Shown here: piece by piece, positions 20,621 through 29,570 of the stretch
Layout: every line of letters begins with the position of its first letter
How positions within the stretch are numbered: position 1 is the first letter of the stretch
Assembly: GCA_963811165.1 (NCBI GenBank)
Contig: CAWEQH010000001.1
Span: forward strand, 480,001-544,000
DNA: 64,000 nt
Reading direction: 5' to 3'
Origin: an uncultured Nitrospiraceae bacterium
Lineage (GTDB): Bacteria > Nitrospirota > Thermodesulfovibrionia > Thermodesulfovibrionales > UBA6898
Program-made: the position numbers and the translations under genes
Notes under the pieces: generated by a model
Database searches by the model: none
The model's input: the letters and a program-made list of their open reading frames with translations, nothing else
What the model was told of the DNA's origin: nothing

Positions 20621-21261
20621 AGTTTAATCGTGAGAAGGCCTGCGAGAAAACCGCCCACATGAGCGAACCAGGCGGTACCTCCCTGATGCAGAATTCCCTG
20701 CGTGATCAAGCCGCTCACGAACTGTATAATAGCCCAAAAGCCGATAACTATCAAGGCTGGGATCCTTATGACCTGAATGAAAAAGCCGAAAAAAACTATC
20801 GTATGAATTCTTGCCCTGGGGAAAAGGAGCAGATACGCCCCCAAAACACCCGAGATAGCACCGCTGGCGCCTATCATCGGCATCTCGGAGTGCGGTGATG
20901 AGATCGCATGTGAATAGGCCGCGAATACGCCGCAGAAGAGATAGAAAAATACGAACCTCAGATGTCCCAGCCTGTCCTCGATATTGTTGCCGAATATCCA
21001 GAAGTAGAGCATGTTGCCCCCGATATGCAACAGCCCGCCGTGCATGAACATAGAGGTAAATACGGTGAGCACCGCCGGTATCGGCTGGTCCGAGTGGAAG
21101 CTCAGGAGGTTTTTGGGTATCGCGCCGTACGCAGACACCAGATATTGGCTGTCTCTGGATGACAGGAGTTCAAGGACAAAGAACGATATGTTTAAGGCGA
21201 TAATAAGCAAAGTGACAAACGGAAGGGACCGGGTGGGATTGTCGTCCTTAAACGGAATCAA
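20590..21261 (-). CDS. Rhomboid intramembrane serine protease
   Basis: SMFMHGGLLHIGGNM, GASGA, AHVGGF. Confidence 0.95.
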   Translation of the reverse strand: MIPFKDDNPTRSLPFVTLLIIALNISFFVLELLSSRDSQYLVSAYGAIPKNLLSFHSDQPIPAVLTVFTSMFMHGGLLHIGGNMLYFWIFGNNIEDRLGHLRFVFFYLFCGVFAAYSHAISSPHSEMPMIGASGAISGVLGAYLLLFPRARIHTIVFFGFFIQVIRIPALIVIGFWAIIQFVSGLITQGILHQGGTAWFAHVGGFLAGLLTIKLWLPRRNQTW

Positions 21262-21323
21262 AGCTGTTCCTGCGGATCATTTGTTTCGCTGTGCATAGAC
21301 GATGTAAAGTGATATTTCATATT

Positions 21324-21881
21324 TTACACGACTTTGTTCTTTATCTCATTCAAGGCCGAACCCAGATTGTGCCTGAGAACGGACAGGACCTGGGGCGCAT
21401 TAATGGGAATATTTTCCAGATCGGCCCTGATCTCCCTGGTATCGAAGGAAAGCGGCTTCATATCTTTATCATGATCATAGTCAAAGGTGAAATCTATTTC
21501 CGGGTTCCCGGCGATCAATACCAAGAGCGTTTCTGTGATATCACCCAGAGGTTTCATATCGATGTGAGCCGGTCTGAATTGGGCAGTGACTATCGTGCCC
21601 GTCCCCAACGCCGACTCTATCGTGATATCACCCCCCGTTTCCCTGGCCGATTGAGCGAGAAGGGAAAGACCGAGACCGACGCTCCTTGTCGTGCGCGAGG
21701 TAAAGAAAGGGTCGAGCGCCTTTTTCACAAGGTCTGCCGCCATCCCTTTCCCATTGTCCTTTATCTCGACGACGAAACTATTTTCATCCCTGCGATCGAC
21801 CAGCCTTATTCTAATGAGTGTCGCGCCCGCAGTGATCGAATTTTCCGCGATATCGAGTAGGTGAAGGGATATATCTTCCAT
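21324..21881 (-). CDS. HATPase_c (histidine-kinase-like ATPase) of hyd/hnd-associated regulatory clusters
   Basis: MEDISLHLLDIAENS, DNGKGM, DPFFTSRTTRSVGLGL, HID.KPLGD. Confidence 0.85.
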   Translation of the reverse strand: MEDISLHLLDIAENSITAGATLIRIRLVDRRDENSFVVEIKDNGKGMAADLVKKALDPFFTSRTTRSVGLGLSLLAQSARETGGDITIESALGTGTIVTAQFRPAHIDMKPLGDITETLLVLIAGNPEIDFTFDYDHDKDMKPLSFDTREIRADLENIPINAPQVLSVLRHNLGSALNEIKNKVV

Positions 21882-21887
21882 GGCTTC

Positions 21888-22628
21888 TCAGAAGGCGACC
21901 TTTCTGCCGCCGGCGCCCTTTAGGGCAAGCCGCAGTTCTTCAAAGGTCGAGTGCTGCATGAAGAGGCTTGTTGTTCTCTTCCCAATATCCTCCAGCCTGT
22001 GTGCGTCCGACGAGGAGATCCAGGGCAGATTCCGGTACGATGAGAATTTTATTCTCGCTTCACCGGCGCTTGTCCTGCACGATATTTCAAGCGCGTCGAA
22101 CCTAAGTTCCTGCGGGATGAACCCAAGCTGGCCTATGATCCCGTATCCTTCACGGTCGATATGGCTTGCCACGGCGAGGCCGTTAAAACTGTGGATAAGA
22201 TCGACCACGCGGTCGACCGAAAGACCCGTTGCCCCTATCAGGAGCCTCTTGTTGAAGCCCAGGACCTCATCAACCTCATTCACCACGACTTGCATGCCGA
22301 AGGTGTCCTCATCGTTTTCGCCGGGCTGCAGATTGTCATAAATGACCTCCTGCATTTTAAATGCGTCCTCTATATTTCCGAAGAGGCCGAGGATATGGAC
22401 CTCCTCAGAGGAGTTTATTTCCATCCCGGCAACCACCTGTATGCCTTTTTTCAAGGCAAGGTCTCTCGTGACGGAGACGTTTTCGGCGGAATTGTGGTCG
22501 CATATGGCGATGATGTTTATTCCCAGCGAAGCGGCTTTTTCGACGATGTCCCGCGGTGTCATCGACAGCTCCGCGCAGGGCGAGAGGCAGGTATGGATGT
22601 GCAGGTCTGCGATGAATTCTACCGGCAT
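21888..22628 (-). CDS. PHP-family phosphoesterase
   Basis: DLHIHTCLSPC, CDHN, EEVH, SHIDR, SSDAH. Confidence 0.9.
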   Translation of the reverse strand: MPVEFIADLHIHTCLSPCAELSMTPRDIVEKAASLGINIIAICDHNSAENVSVTRDLALKKGIQVVAGMEINSSEEVHILGLFGNIEDAFKMQEVIYDNLQPGENDEDTFGMQVVVNEVDEVLGFNKRLLIGATGLSVDRVVDLIHSFNGLAVASHIDREGYGIIGQLGFIPQELRFDALEISCRTSAGEARIKFSSYRNLPWISSSDAHRLEDIGKRTTSLFMQHSTFEELRLALKGAGGRKVAF

Positions 22629-22960
22629 CTCAGGCCGAGGGTATAAAGCCTTCCGACGAGTTCAAAGGCCGCAAGAGGACTCGTCATGACCGGAACGTTT
22701 TCAGCCGACGCCTTCTTTAGTGTGTCTTCTGCCGGCACCCTGTTTTTGACGAGGATGATCCCGGCGAGGCCCTTAAGAGACGCGACGGCGACGATGTTGA
22801 GATGGGACTGGAAGGTCACCCAGACGGATCCTGCCTCCGCGTTTGCGATGACATCCGACAGCATGTCGCTCACATAGCCGCCTGTCACCTCCCGTGTCAG
22901 GTCGGTCCCGGGCGTCTTCACTTCAAGGGAAAGGTTTTCTATAAGGTCACACAGTTTCAT
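22619..22960 (-). CDS. DRTGG/HPr-kinase N-terminal-like domain protein
   Basis: GGYVSDMLSDVIANA..VWVT.Q.H.NIVAVA. Confidence 0.85.
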   Translation of the reverse strand: MKLCDLIENLSLEVKTPGTDLTREVTGGYVSDMLSDVIANAEAGSVWVTFQSHLNIVAVASLKGLAGIILVKNRVPAEDTLKKASAENVPVMTSPLAAFELVGRLYTLGLRCR

Positions 22961-23030
22961 AATCCCCCCGCGCGCATATTTTTGACGATGAATCCCAGGT
23001 GCCCGCAATACTTCGAGAACACTTCCCCTC

Positions 23031-23477
23031 TCATGACGTTTGCGGCGGAGGCCCTGCCAGATAAATTATAAACTCCAGGGTCGTCCCCTCGCCTGCCGCC
23101 GACGTTATCGTCAGCTTGTCCACGTTTTTTTTTATGTTCGGCAGGCCCATGCCTGAACCGAACCCCATCTCCCTTATATAGTCAGGCGCCGTAGAATATC
23201 CTTCCCTCATCGCGAGTTCGATATCGGGGATGCCGGGGCCCATGTCCTGAAAGATAACCTTTACCGCTTCCGGCGTGACCGAATAATGCATGATCCCTGC
23301 AACTGCGTAAATAATGGCATTCATCTCCGCCTCAAAGGCCGCAATCGATGCCCTTCTGATTATCTCCGGAGGAATCCCCATATTTTCAAGGACCCCTTTT
23401 AGGTTGCCCGAGGCCGATCCGGCATTTGTGAAATCCTTACCGGTCAGAAAAAAGACTCCATCCGCATTCTGGATCAT
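23031..23477 (-). CDS. Anti-sigma-factor-type Ser/Thr kinase (RsbT/RsbW-like)
   Basis: EAEMN, D.GPGIPDIELAMREGYSTA, GFGSGMGLPN. Confidence 0.88.
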   Translation of the reverse strand: MIQNADGVFFLTGKDFTNAGSASGNLKGVLENMGIPPEIIRRASIAAFEAEMNAIIYAVAGIMHYSVTPEAVKVIFQDMGPGIPDIELAMREGYSTAPDYIREMGFGSGMGLPNIKKNVDKLTITSAAGEGTTLEFIIYLAGPPPQTS

Positions 23478-23830
23478 GATGTTCCCTCGGGCCTGCTTCG
23501 CATCCCCTTCTCGTAAAGCCTGCCGCAGACGTCGAACATCGATAACCCCGTGGCGAGGAGGGGTATATTCTTTCTCTCCGCCATCGCGACCGTCTCGGCG
23601 TCAGGCCTTTTCCCCTGGATGAATACTATCGCCCTGACTTCGGCCACGTCTGCTGTCCTGATTACCTGCGCATTCGTCAGCCCGGTGATCAGCAGAGAAT
23701 GAGTAATGGAAAAGGCGAGCACATCGCTCATGAGGTCCGCGCAATATGCCCTCTTTATCTCCCTGTTCATGTCCTTTTTTCTTGTGAGAATCAGTGCATC
23801 GAGTATGTCTCTGATCTCTCCTATTGTCAT
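23474..23830 (-). CDS. DRTGG domain protein
   Basis: CADLMSDVL..LLITGLTN.QVIRTA..GK.P. Confidence 0.85.
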   Translation of the reverse strand: MTIGEIRDILDALILTRKKDMNREIKRAYCADLMSDVLAFSITHSLLITGLTNAQVIRTADVAEVRAIVFIQGKRPDAETVAMAERKNIPLLATGLSMFDVCGRLYEKGMRSRPEGTS

Positions 23831-23851
23831 GGTAGTATCACTTGCCCGCGG

Positions 23852-26323
23852 TCAGCCCTTTACCGCTTCAATTTTTACCGTATCTCTAAAGGGTGTCCCA
23901 TTTTCAGAAGGACAGGTGAGGGCATTGACCCTGCCGTGAGGGAAATGCATCGACGTAAAGATGGCCCCTGAAGGGACCGCATCGGAGATCCTTGCCTTAA
24001 GGTATACGGCCCCGCGTCTTGAAGATACCTTCACGTGGCTGTTGTCGGTAACTCCGTACTTCCCGGCCTCTTCTTCGTTGATCTCAAGGAAAGCCTCGGA
24101 AACAACAAGGTCGAGGGCCTTTGACCGCGTCGACATCGTGCCGGAATGCTGCAGTACGTCCCTGGTGACGAGGTGCAGCGGATACTCCCCATCTGCCTCT
24201 TCTCCGGGGCTATAAGAGACCGGCTGAAAAATCCTCCTGTCGGACTCTGCGGGGAGCGCCTGAACCGTATTTCTTATGTCGGCAGACACGTCGTCAATAG
24301 TCCTGAATACTATTTCCTTGCCCATCGACAGGGAGAGGTTTCTCAGTATCTGCCAGTCAGGCATGGACTGCCCGGTCGCATCTACCATCCTCTGCAATTT
24401 CTGGGTCACCCCCTCTGCGTTGGTAAACGTACCTTCCTTTTCCGCCCAGCTTGATGCCGGAAGGACCACATGTGCAAACTTCGCGGTCTCCGTCATCGCA
24501 ATGTCCTGAACGATGACAAGTTCAAGAGACTTCAGGGCCCCTATTATCTTAGAACTGTTGGGGAACGCCGAAACGGGATCTTCCCCCATAATGTAGAGGG
24601 CGTGGAGGGAGCCGGGCTTATAAAGCATATCGAACACGTTTTTGCCCACGGCGGTCCCCGCATCGGGTCTTACCCCCATTGTATAAAGGCCAAACGTATT
24701 TGAGTATTCTGCGGGTATCTGGAGTGCATCGGCCTCTTCGCCAAGAAGGGTGATCAGATTGGCGGCCGCCAGGACCAGGTCGGCCCCTTTTGTGTTTTCA
24801 GACAGTCCGACGGTGAAAGAGATCATCCTGTCCTTTGCCGTCGCGATTTTTTCTGCTGTGGCTCCCAGTTCTTCCAGGGAGATCCCGGTCAGTTTTGATG
24901 TGCTTTCGAGTGTGTAATCATTAAGCGCTTTTTCGAATTCCGAGAAGCCCGGTATCTTCGATACCAGCGCCCTGTTGTACAGTCCCTTGTCCATGATGAT
25001 CTTCATCAGCCCGTTCAGTAAGGCAACCGAGGTGCCCTGCCTCATCTTCAGATGAGAGGAACTGTGTCTCGTCAGTTTCGTTTCTCTGCTGTCGGCCACG
25101 ATAAGATGAGACCCCTCCCTTTTTGCCTGCAGGATGTTCAGGCCGTATACCGGATGGGTGACGCTGATATCGGACTCGATGATGAAAATTACTTCTTTGC
25201 CGAGCGGAGCCTTCATGGCGATCGGATGGGACTTCAACCCCAATACCTTATCGAGTACAGCCTGGACCTTCGCATATCCGAAGGCTAAAGAGGAGTCCAT
25301 GTTGCTTGAGCCCACGACGTTCAGCATGAATTTCCGGAGCATGTAGTTGTCTTCGTTGGTGCACCGGTGGGAGCCGAGGGCCCCGACGGAATTGCTGCCG
25401 TGGGCCTTGATGATATTTGACAGGTTTTCGCTTATATAATTCAACGCCTCATCCCATGTTGCGGAAACGAGAACGCCTTCTTTACGGATCATGGGGGTCT
25501 TCAGCCGGTTTTCGCTGTAGATATAATCGATGCCGAACCTGCCCCTGCCGCAGAGGTTGCCTTCGCTGCGTCCGTTGTCTTCCTTCGCACGAGACCTGAG
25601 AACTTTCCCCTCCCTCAGCCCGAGCGTCAGGGTACAGCCGCAGCCGCAGAAAGGACATATCGTGTCTTTTTCTTCGAGGAACCAGGCGCGCGCCTGGAAC
25701 TTGACCGGCTTCGACAGAAGCGCGCCGGTAGGACAGATGTCGATGCATTGACCGCAGTAATCGCATTCCAGTATCTCGCCGAAGGCCGGTTTGACTACAG
25801 TCGAAAACCCTCTCCCGATAAGCCCCAGTGCGCCGCGCCCCTGGTGCTCCGCGCAGATCCTTACGCATTTGCCGCAAAGGATACACCTGTTTGCGGTCAG
25901 CTCTACGAGAGGACCTCTGACGTCGGGCGGAGCCTCTTTGCGGTGGCGTATGAACCGCCCTTCGGGCTTGCCGTATTCATAAGCCAGGTCCTGCAAATCA
26001 CATTCCCCGGCCTTGTCGCAGATAGGACAGTCGAGCGGGATGATGGATCAGAAGAAGCTCCAGCACGGTCTGACGGGCCTTCCTCAGTTTCGGGGTATCG
26101 GTCTTTATCGTCATGCCCGGCGCCACGGGCGTCGAGCATGCGGCAAACAGCCTGGGCTGGCCCTTCCAGCCTCGACAACACAGAGTCTGCAGCCGCCGTA
26201 CGGCCTGAGCCTCTTGTCGTAACACAGATTGGGGATTCTTATGTCGTTTTGCTGTGCGGCCTTGAGGATAGTAGTGCCTTCTTCTACCGATATTTTTTTA
26301 TCGTTTATCGTCAGCTCTATCAT
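23852..26323 (-). CDS. NuoG/FdhF-fold Fe-S subunit (HydA/BfuA position) without H-cluster; frameshifts near 26170 and 26037
   Basis: Reassembled: MIELTIN..IPNLC..GGCRLC..AC [2Fe-2S]; HHPLDCPICDKAGECDLQ; CILCGKCVRIC/CDYCGQCIDIC; CPFCGCGC..C; Mo-bisPGD fold but DSSLAFGY where FDH has Cys/Sec; ATGA overlap with the HydB-like gene. Confidence 0.85.
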
Positions 26324-28191
26324 TTCGTATCTCCCTTCTTTGTCTCTCCTTCCGCAGTTGTGCCGACGAGTTCGGAAGGGTCTCCTTCGAAACCGGCGGG
26401 CAGGATCCTTATCGACTTGAATTTGCAGGCCTCGTAGCAGGTCCTGCAATGAAGGCAGAGCTCCTGGATGATCTTGTGAGGCTGTTTCTTTTCTCCCATG
26501 ATCGCTTTCGACGGGCATGCCCTCAGACAGGCGCCGCATCCTTTGCAGAGCTTTTCGTCTATCCAGAAGGTGGTCAGGTTGCGGCAGACCCCTGCCTTGC
26601 ACCATTTGTCTTTTATGTGCGATTCGTATTCATCCTTGAAGTATTTGATTGTGGTGAGCACCGGGTTCGGGGCGGTCTGGCCGAGACCGCAAAGTGAGGT
26701 GGCTATAATGTCCCTGCCGAGATCGAGAAGCGTATCTATATCGGACTCTTTGCCTTTGCCTTCCGTGATGTCGGTGAGCATGTCAAGGAGTATCTTTGTG
26801 CCGACTCTGCAGGGCGTGCACTTTCCGCAGGATTCATCAGCGGTAAATTCAAGGAAGAACTTCGCGGTGCCGACCATGCAGGTGTTATCGTCCATGACGA
26901 CCATTCCGCCCGAACCTACGATCGCCCCGGTTGCGACGATATCTTCATAAGTAACAGGCGTGTCGAGCAGATGCTCCGGGATACAGCCGCCTGAGGGACC
27001 GCCGAGCTGGACGGCCTTGAATTTTCTCCCTTTCCTGATGCCGCCGCCTATATCATAGATTATTGTCCTAAGCGGTATCCCCATAGGGACCTCGACGAGT
27101 CCGACGTTGTTTATCGCGCCTGTAAGCGCGAAGACCTTCGTCCCCGCGCTCTTTTCGGTGCCTAGGCTCCTGTACCAGGCCGAGCCTTGAAGGATGATAG
27201 GGGATATCTGCGCAAGTGTCTCGACGTTGTTCAGCACCGACGGTTTGTCCCATAGCCCCTTTACCGCAGGGAAGGGCGGTCTCGGTCTGGGCATGCCGCG
27301 CTTTCCCTCGAGAGAACGCATTAGCGCCGTCTCCTCGCCGCAGACAAAGGCCCCTGCGCCAAGATATATCTCGAGATGGAAATCAAATCCTGTATCCAGT
27401 ATGTTATGTCCGAGCAGTCCTGCTTCGGTGGCCTGGTCTATCGCCAGCTGAAGGCGCTTGACAGCCAGAGGATATTCCGCCCTGACATATATATAGCCGT
27501 GATGCGCACCTATCGCCTTTGCGCCTATTATCATGCCCTCGATTACCGAATGGGGGTCGGCCTCCATGACCGACCTGTCCATGAACGCCCCGGGATCTCC
27601 CTCATCTCCGTTACAGAGCATGTATTTAACGTCCGACTTGACCTTCGATGCGAACTCCCATTTAAGGCCGGTGGGGAAGCCTGCGCCTCCTCTCCCTCTC
27701 AATCCAGAGTCCTTCATGACCTTGACGATATCTTCAGGGGTCATCTGGGTAAGGGCTTTTGCGACTGCCTGGTATCCGTCCCTGGATATGTATTCCTCTA
27801 TCTTTTCAGGGTCTATGAGTCCTTTGTTTCTTAATACCCTCAGGACCTGGTGCTTGAAAAACGGGATGTCCTTCATCCTCGGAATCGCGGTCTTTTTTTC
27901 AGGCTCCTTGAACATCAGCTTTTCGTAGGGCCTGCCTTTCAGGAAATGTTCTTCGACCAGCAGAGGAACATCTTCGACCGTTATCTTCTGGTAAAAGACC
28001 TCGTCAGGATAGACCGCCATCACAGGACCTTCAGCGCAATACCCATTGCAGCCGGTCAGAACGAGCCGTATTTCTTCATCGAGGCCTCTTTTTTTCAGTT
28101 CCTGCTGGATCGCCTCCTTGACATTGGCGGTGCCGCTGGCAACACAACCCGTGCCTGCACATAACATTACATTTGCACGAACCTTTTCCAT
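26320..28191 (-). CDS. HydB/HndC/BfuB-type FMN/NADH-binding subunit
   Basis: N-terminal thioredoxin-like [2Fe-2S], [53 protein letters not shown]-terminal 2x[4Fe-4S]. Confidence 0.93.
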   Translation of the reverse strand: MEKVRANVMLCAGTGCVASGTANVKEAIQQELKKRGLDEEIRLVLTGCNGYCAEGPVMAVYPDEVFYQKITVEDVPLLVEEHFLKGRPYEKLMFKEPEKKTAIPRMKDIPFFKHQVLRVLRNKGLIDPEKIEEYISRDGYQAVAKALTQMTPEDIVKVMKDSGLRGRGGAGFPTGLKWEFASKVKSDVKYMLCNGDEGDPGAFMDRSVMEADPHSVIEGMIIGAKAIGAHHGYIYVRAEYPLAVKRLQLAIDQATEAGLLGHNILDTGFDFHLEIYLGAGAFVCGEETALMRSLEGKRGMPRPRPPFPAVKGLWDKPSVLNNVETLAQISPIILQGSAWYRSLGTEKSAGTKVFALTGAINNVGLVEVPMGIPLRTIIYDIGGGIRKGRKFKAVQLGGPSGGCIPEHLLDTPVTYEDIVATGAIVGSGGMVVMDDNTCMVGTAKFFLEFTADESCGKCTPCRVGTKILLDMLTDITEGKGKESDIDTLLDLGRDIIATSLCGLGQTAPNPVLTTIKYFKDEYESHIKDKWCKAGVCRNLTTFWIDEKLCKGCGACLRACPSKAIMGEKKQPHKIIQELCLHCRTCYEACKFKSIRILPAGFEGDPSELVGTTAEGETKKGDTK

Positions 28192-28225
28192 CTATGTCCT
28201 CCGTTTTTTCAGTTTCATTGTCACT

Positions 28226-28610
28226 TTAGTATGTCGACTCGCATCCTGCCACAAGCGCATACTTTTCCACCGGATTTCCGCCTATGATATGTTCCCTGAA
28301 AATCTCCCTGATCTTTTCGTCAGTGAGGTCGCAGTATTTCACCGGCGGGTGGTTCATCAACTCGACCGTTGCAAGGGGTTCTTTCGCACAGAGTCCCGCG
28401 CAGCCCGAGGTAGTCACGATGACGTCGGTTGCGTTTGCTTTTGCTGATCTCGTCCATGAGTGCGGACATTACCGCCCTCGCCCCTGCGGCGATACCGCAG
28501 GTGCCCATATGTACGGTCACCTTCGCCCTGTAGCCGCCTTCACGAAGGGTGAAATCGGCACGATGCTTTTCCTTGATTTTTTTTAGGTCATCTATCGTCA
28601 ATCTCGGCAT
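28226..28610 (-). CDS. HydD/HndB-like thioredoxin-fold [2Fe-2S] subunit (frameshift ~28437)
   Basis: VHMGTCGIAAGA + TSGCAGLCAKEP; frames join on removing one A. Confidence 0.85.
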
Positions 28611-28611
28611 G

Positions 28612-29538
28612 TTAAGCCTCCTTTTCGGCCATTTCTTCCGCCTCTTCGGCCGGAGCCGACTCTAAGACGGTGGTATCAAACTGACTGATTTTTTCGATTG
28701 CCTTTTTGGGCGTCATTGCGCCGTAAGTCTCCTGGTCTATTACCATGACCGGGGCGAGGCCGCATGCGCCGAGGCATCTCACCGCCTCGAGAGAGAACTT
28801 CCTGTCCTCGGTGGTTTCTCCTACATTTATCTTCAGCGTATCCTGGATCTTCTTGATGACTCTCTCTATGCCTTTTACGTAACAGGCGGTGCCGAGGCAG
28901 ACCCTGATGTTGTGGTCCCCTCTGGGCTTCATCGTAAAGAAAGAGTAAAAGGAGACAACACTGTGTACCTCCGCCTCAGGTATGTTCAGCCCTTTCGCTA
29001 TCCTTTTTTGCACTACCGGAGGGAGATACCCCACGATCTCCTGCGCGCGCTGAAGGACCGGTATCAGAGATCCGGGCTTCGTCTTTAATTGGGCGATTAC
29101 CCTGTCCAGTTCTGCGGCCATGGCAGGTGGGAATTCTTCGGTCTTTTTTACCTCCTCCGGTTTCCTGCCCCTTGTCCATTCAACCGCCCGTTCGGTAACG
29201 TCAAGCAGGACCGAAGGCGTGAATGGTTTCGGCACATAGTCTATGATGCCCAGTTCGAGCGCCTCTTTTATGGTGTCCTGAGAGGGATATCCTGTGATAA
29301 TGACGATCCCGACAGAGGGCTTCATCTTTTTTATCCACCTGATAAGGGTGATGCCGTCCACCTCAGGCATCTTCAGGTCGGTGAAGACAAGGTCATAATT
29401 CTCCTGACCTATTTTCATGATCGCTTCTCTTCCCCCGAGCGCCCCTTCCACACTATATCCTTCGCTCTTAAGCACCCTTTCGGCGCTTTTGATGACAACA
29501 AGCTCGTCGTCGACGATCAATATTTTGGGTTCAGCCAT
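28612..29538 (-). CDS. Receiver domain fused to HydC/HndA/NuoE [2Fe-2S] subunit
   Basis: REC: VDDE, TDLKMP, ITGY, KPF; NuoE: LIPVLQRAQEIVGYLP, CLGTAC, CLGACGLAP; GAGGAGG RBS before ATG 29538. Confidence 0.9.
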   Translation of the reverse strand: MAEPKILIVDDELVVIKSAERVLKSEGYSVEGALGGREAIMKIGQENYDLVFTDLKMPEVDGITLIRWIKKMKPSVGIVIITGYPSQDTIKEALELGIIDYVPKPFTPSVLLDVTERAVEWTRGRKPEEVKKTEEFPPAMAAELDRVIAQLKTKPGSLIPVLQRAQEIVGYLPPVVQKRIAKGLNIPEAEVHSVVSFYSFFTMKPRGDHNIRVCLGTACYVKGIERVIKKIQDTLKINVGETTEDRKFSLEAVRCLGACGLAPVMVIDQETYGAMTPKKAIEKISQFDTTVLESAPAEEAEEMAEKEA

Positions 29539-29570
29539 AAAATCCTCCTCACTATATAAACCGTGTATGG

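Noticed and set aside
23852..26323. Formate dehydrogenase alpha or [FeFe]-hydrogenase catalytic subunit
   Set aside because: No Cys/Sec-His at the Mo-ligand position, no in-frame TGA there, and no H-cluster motifs
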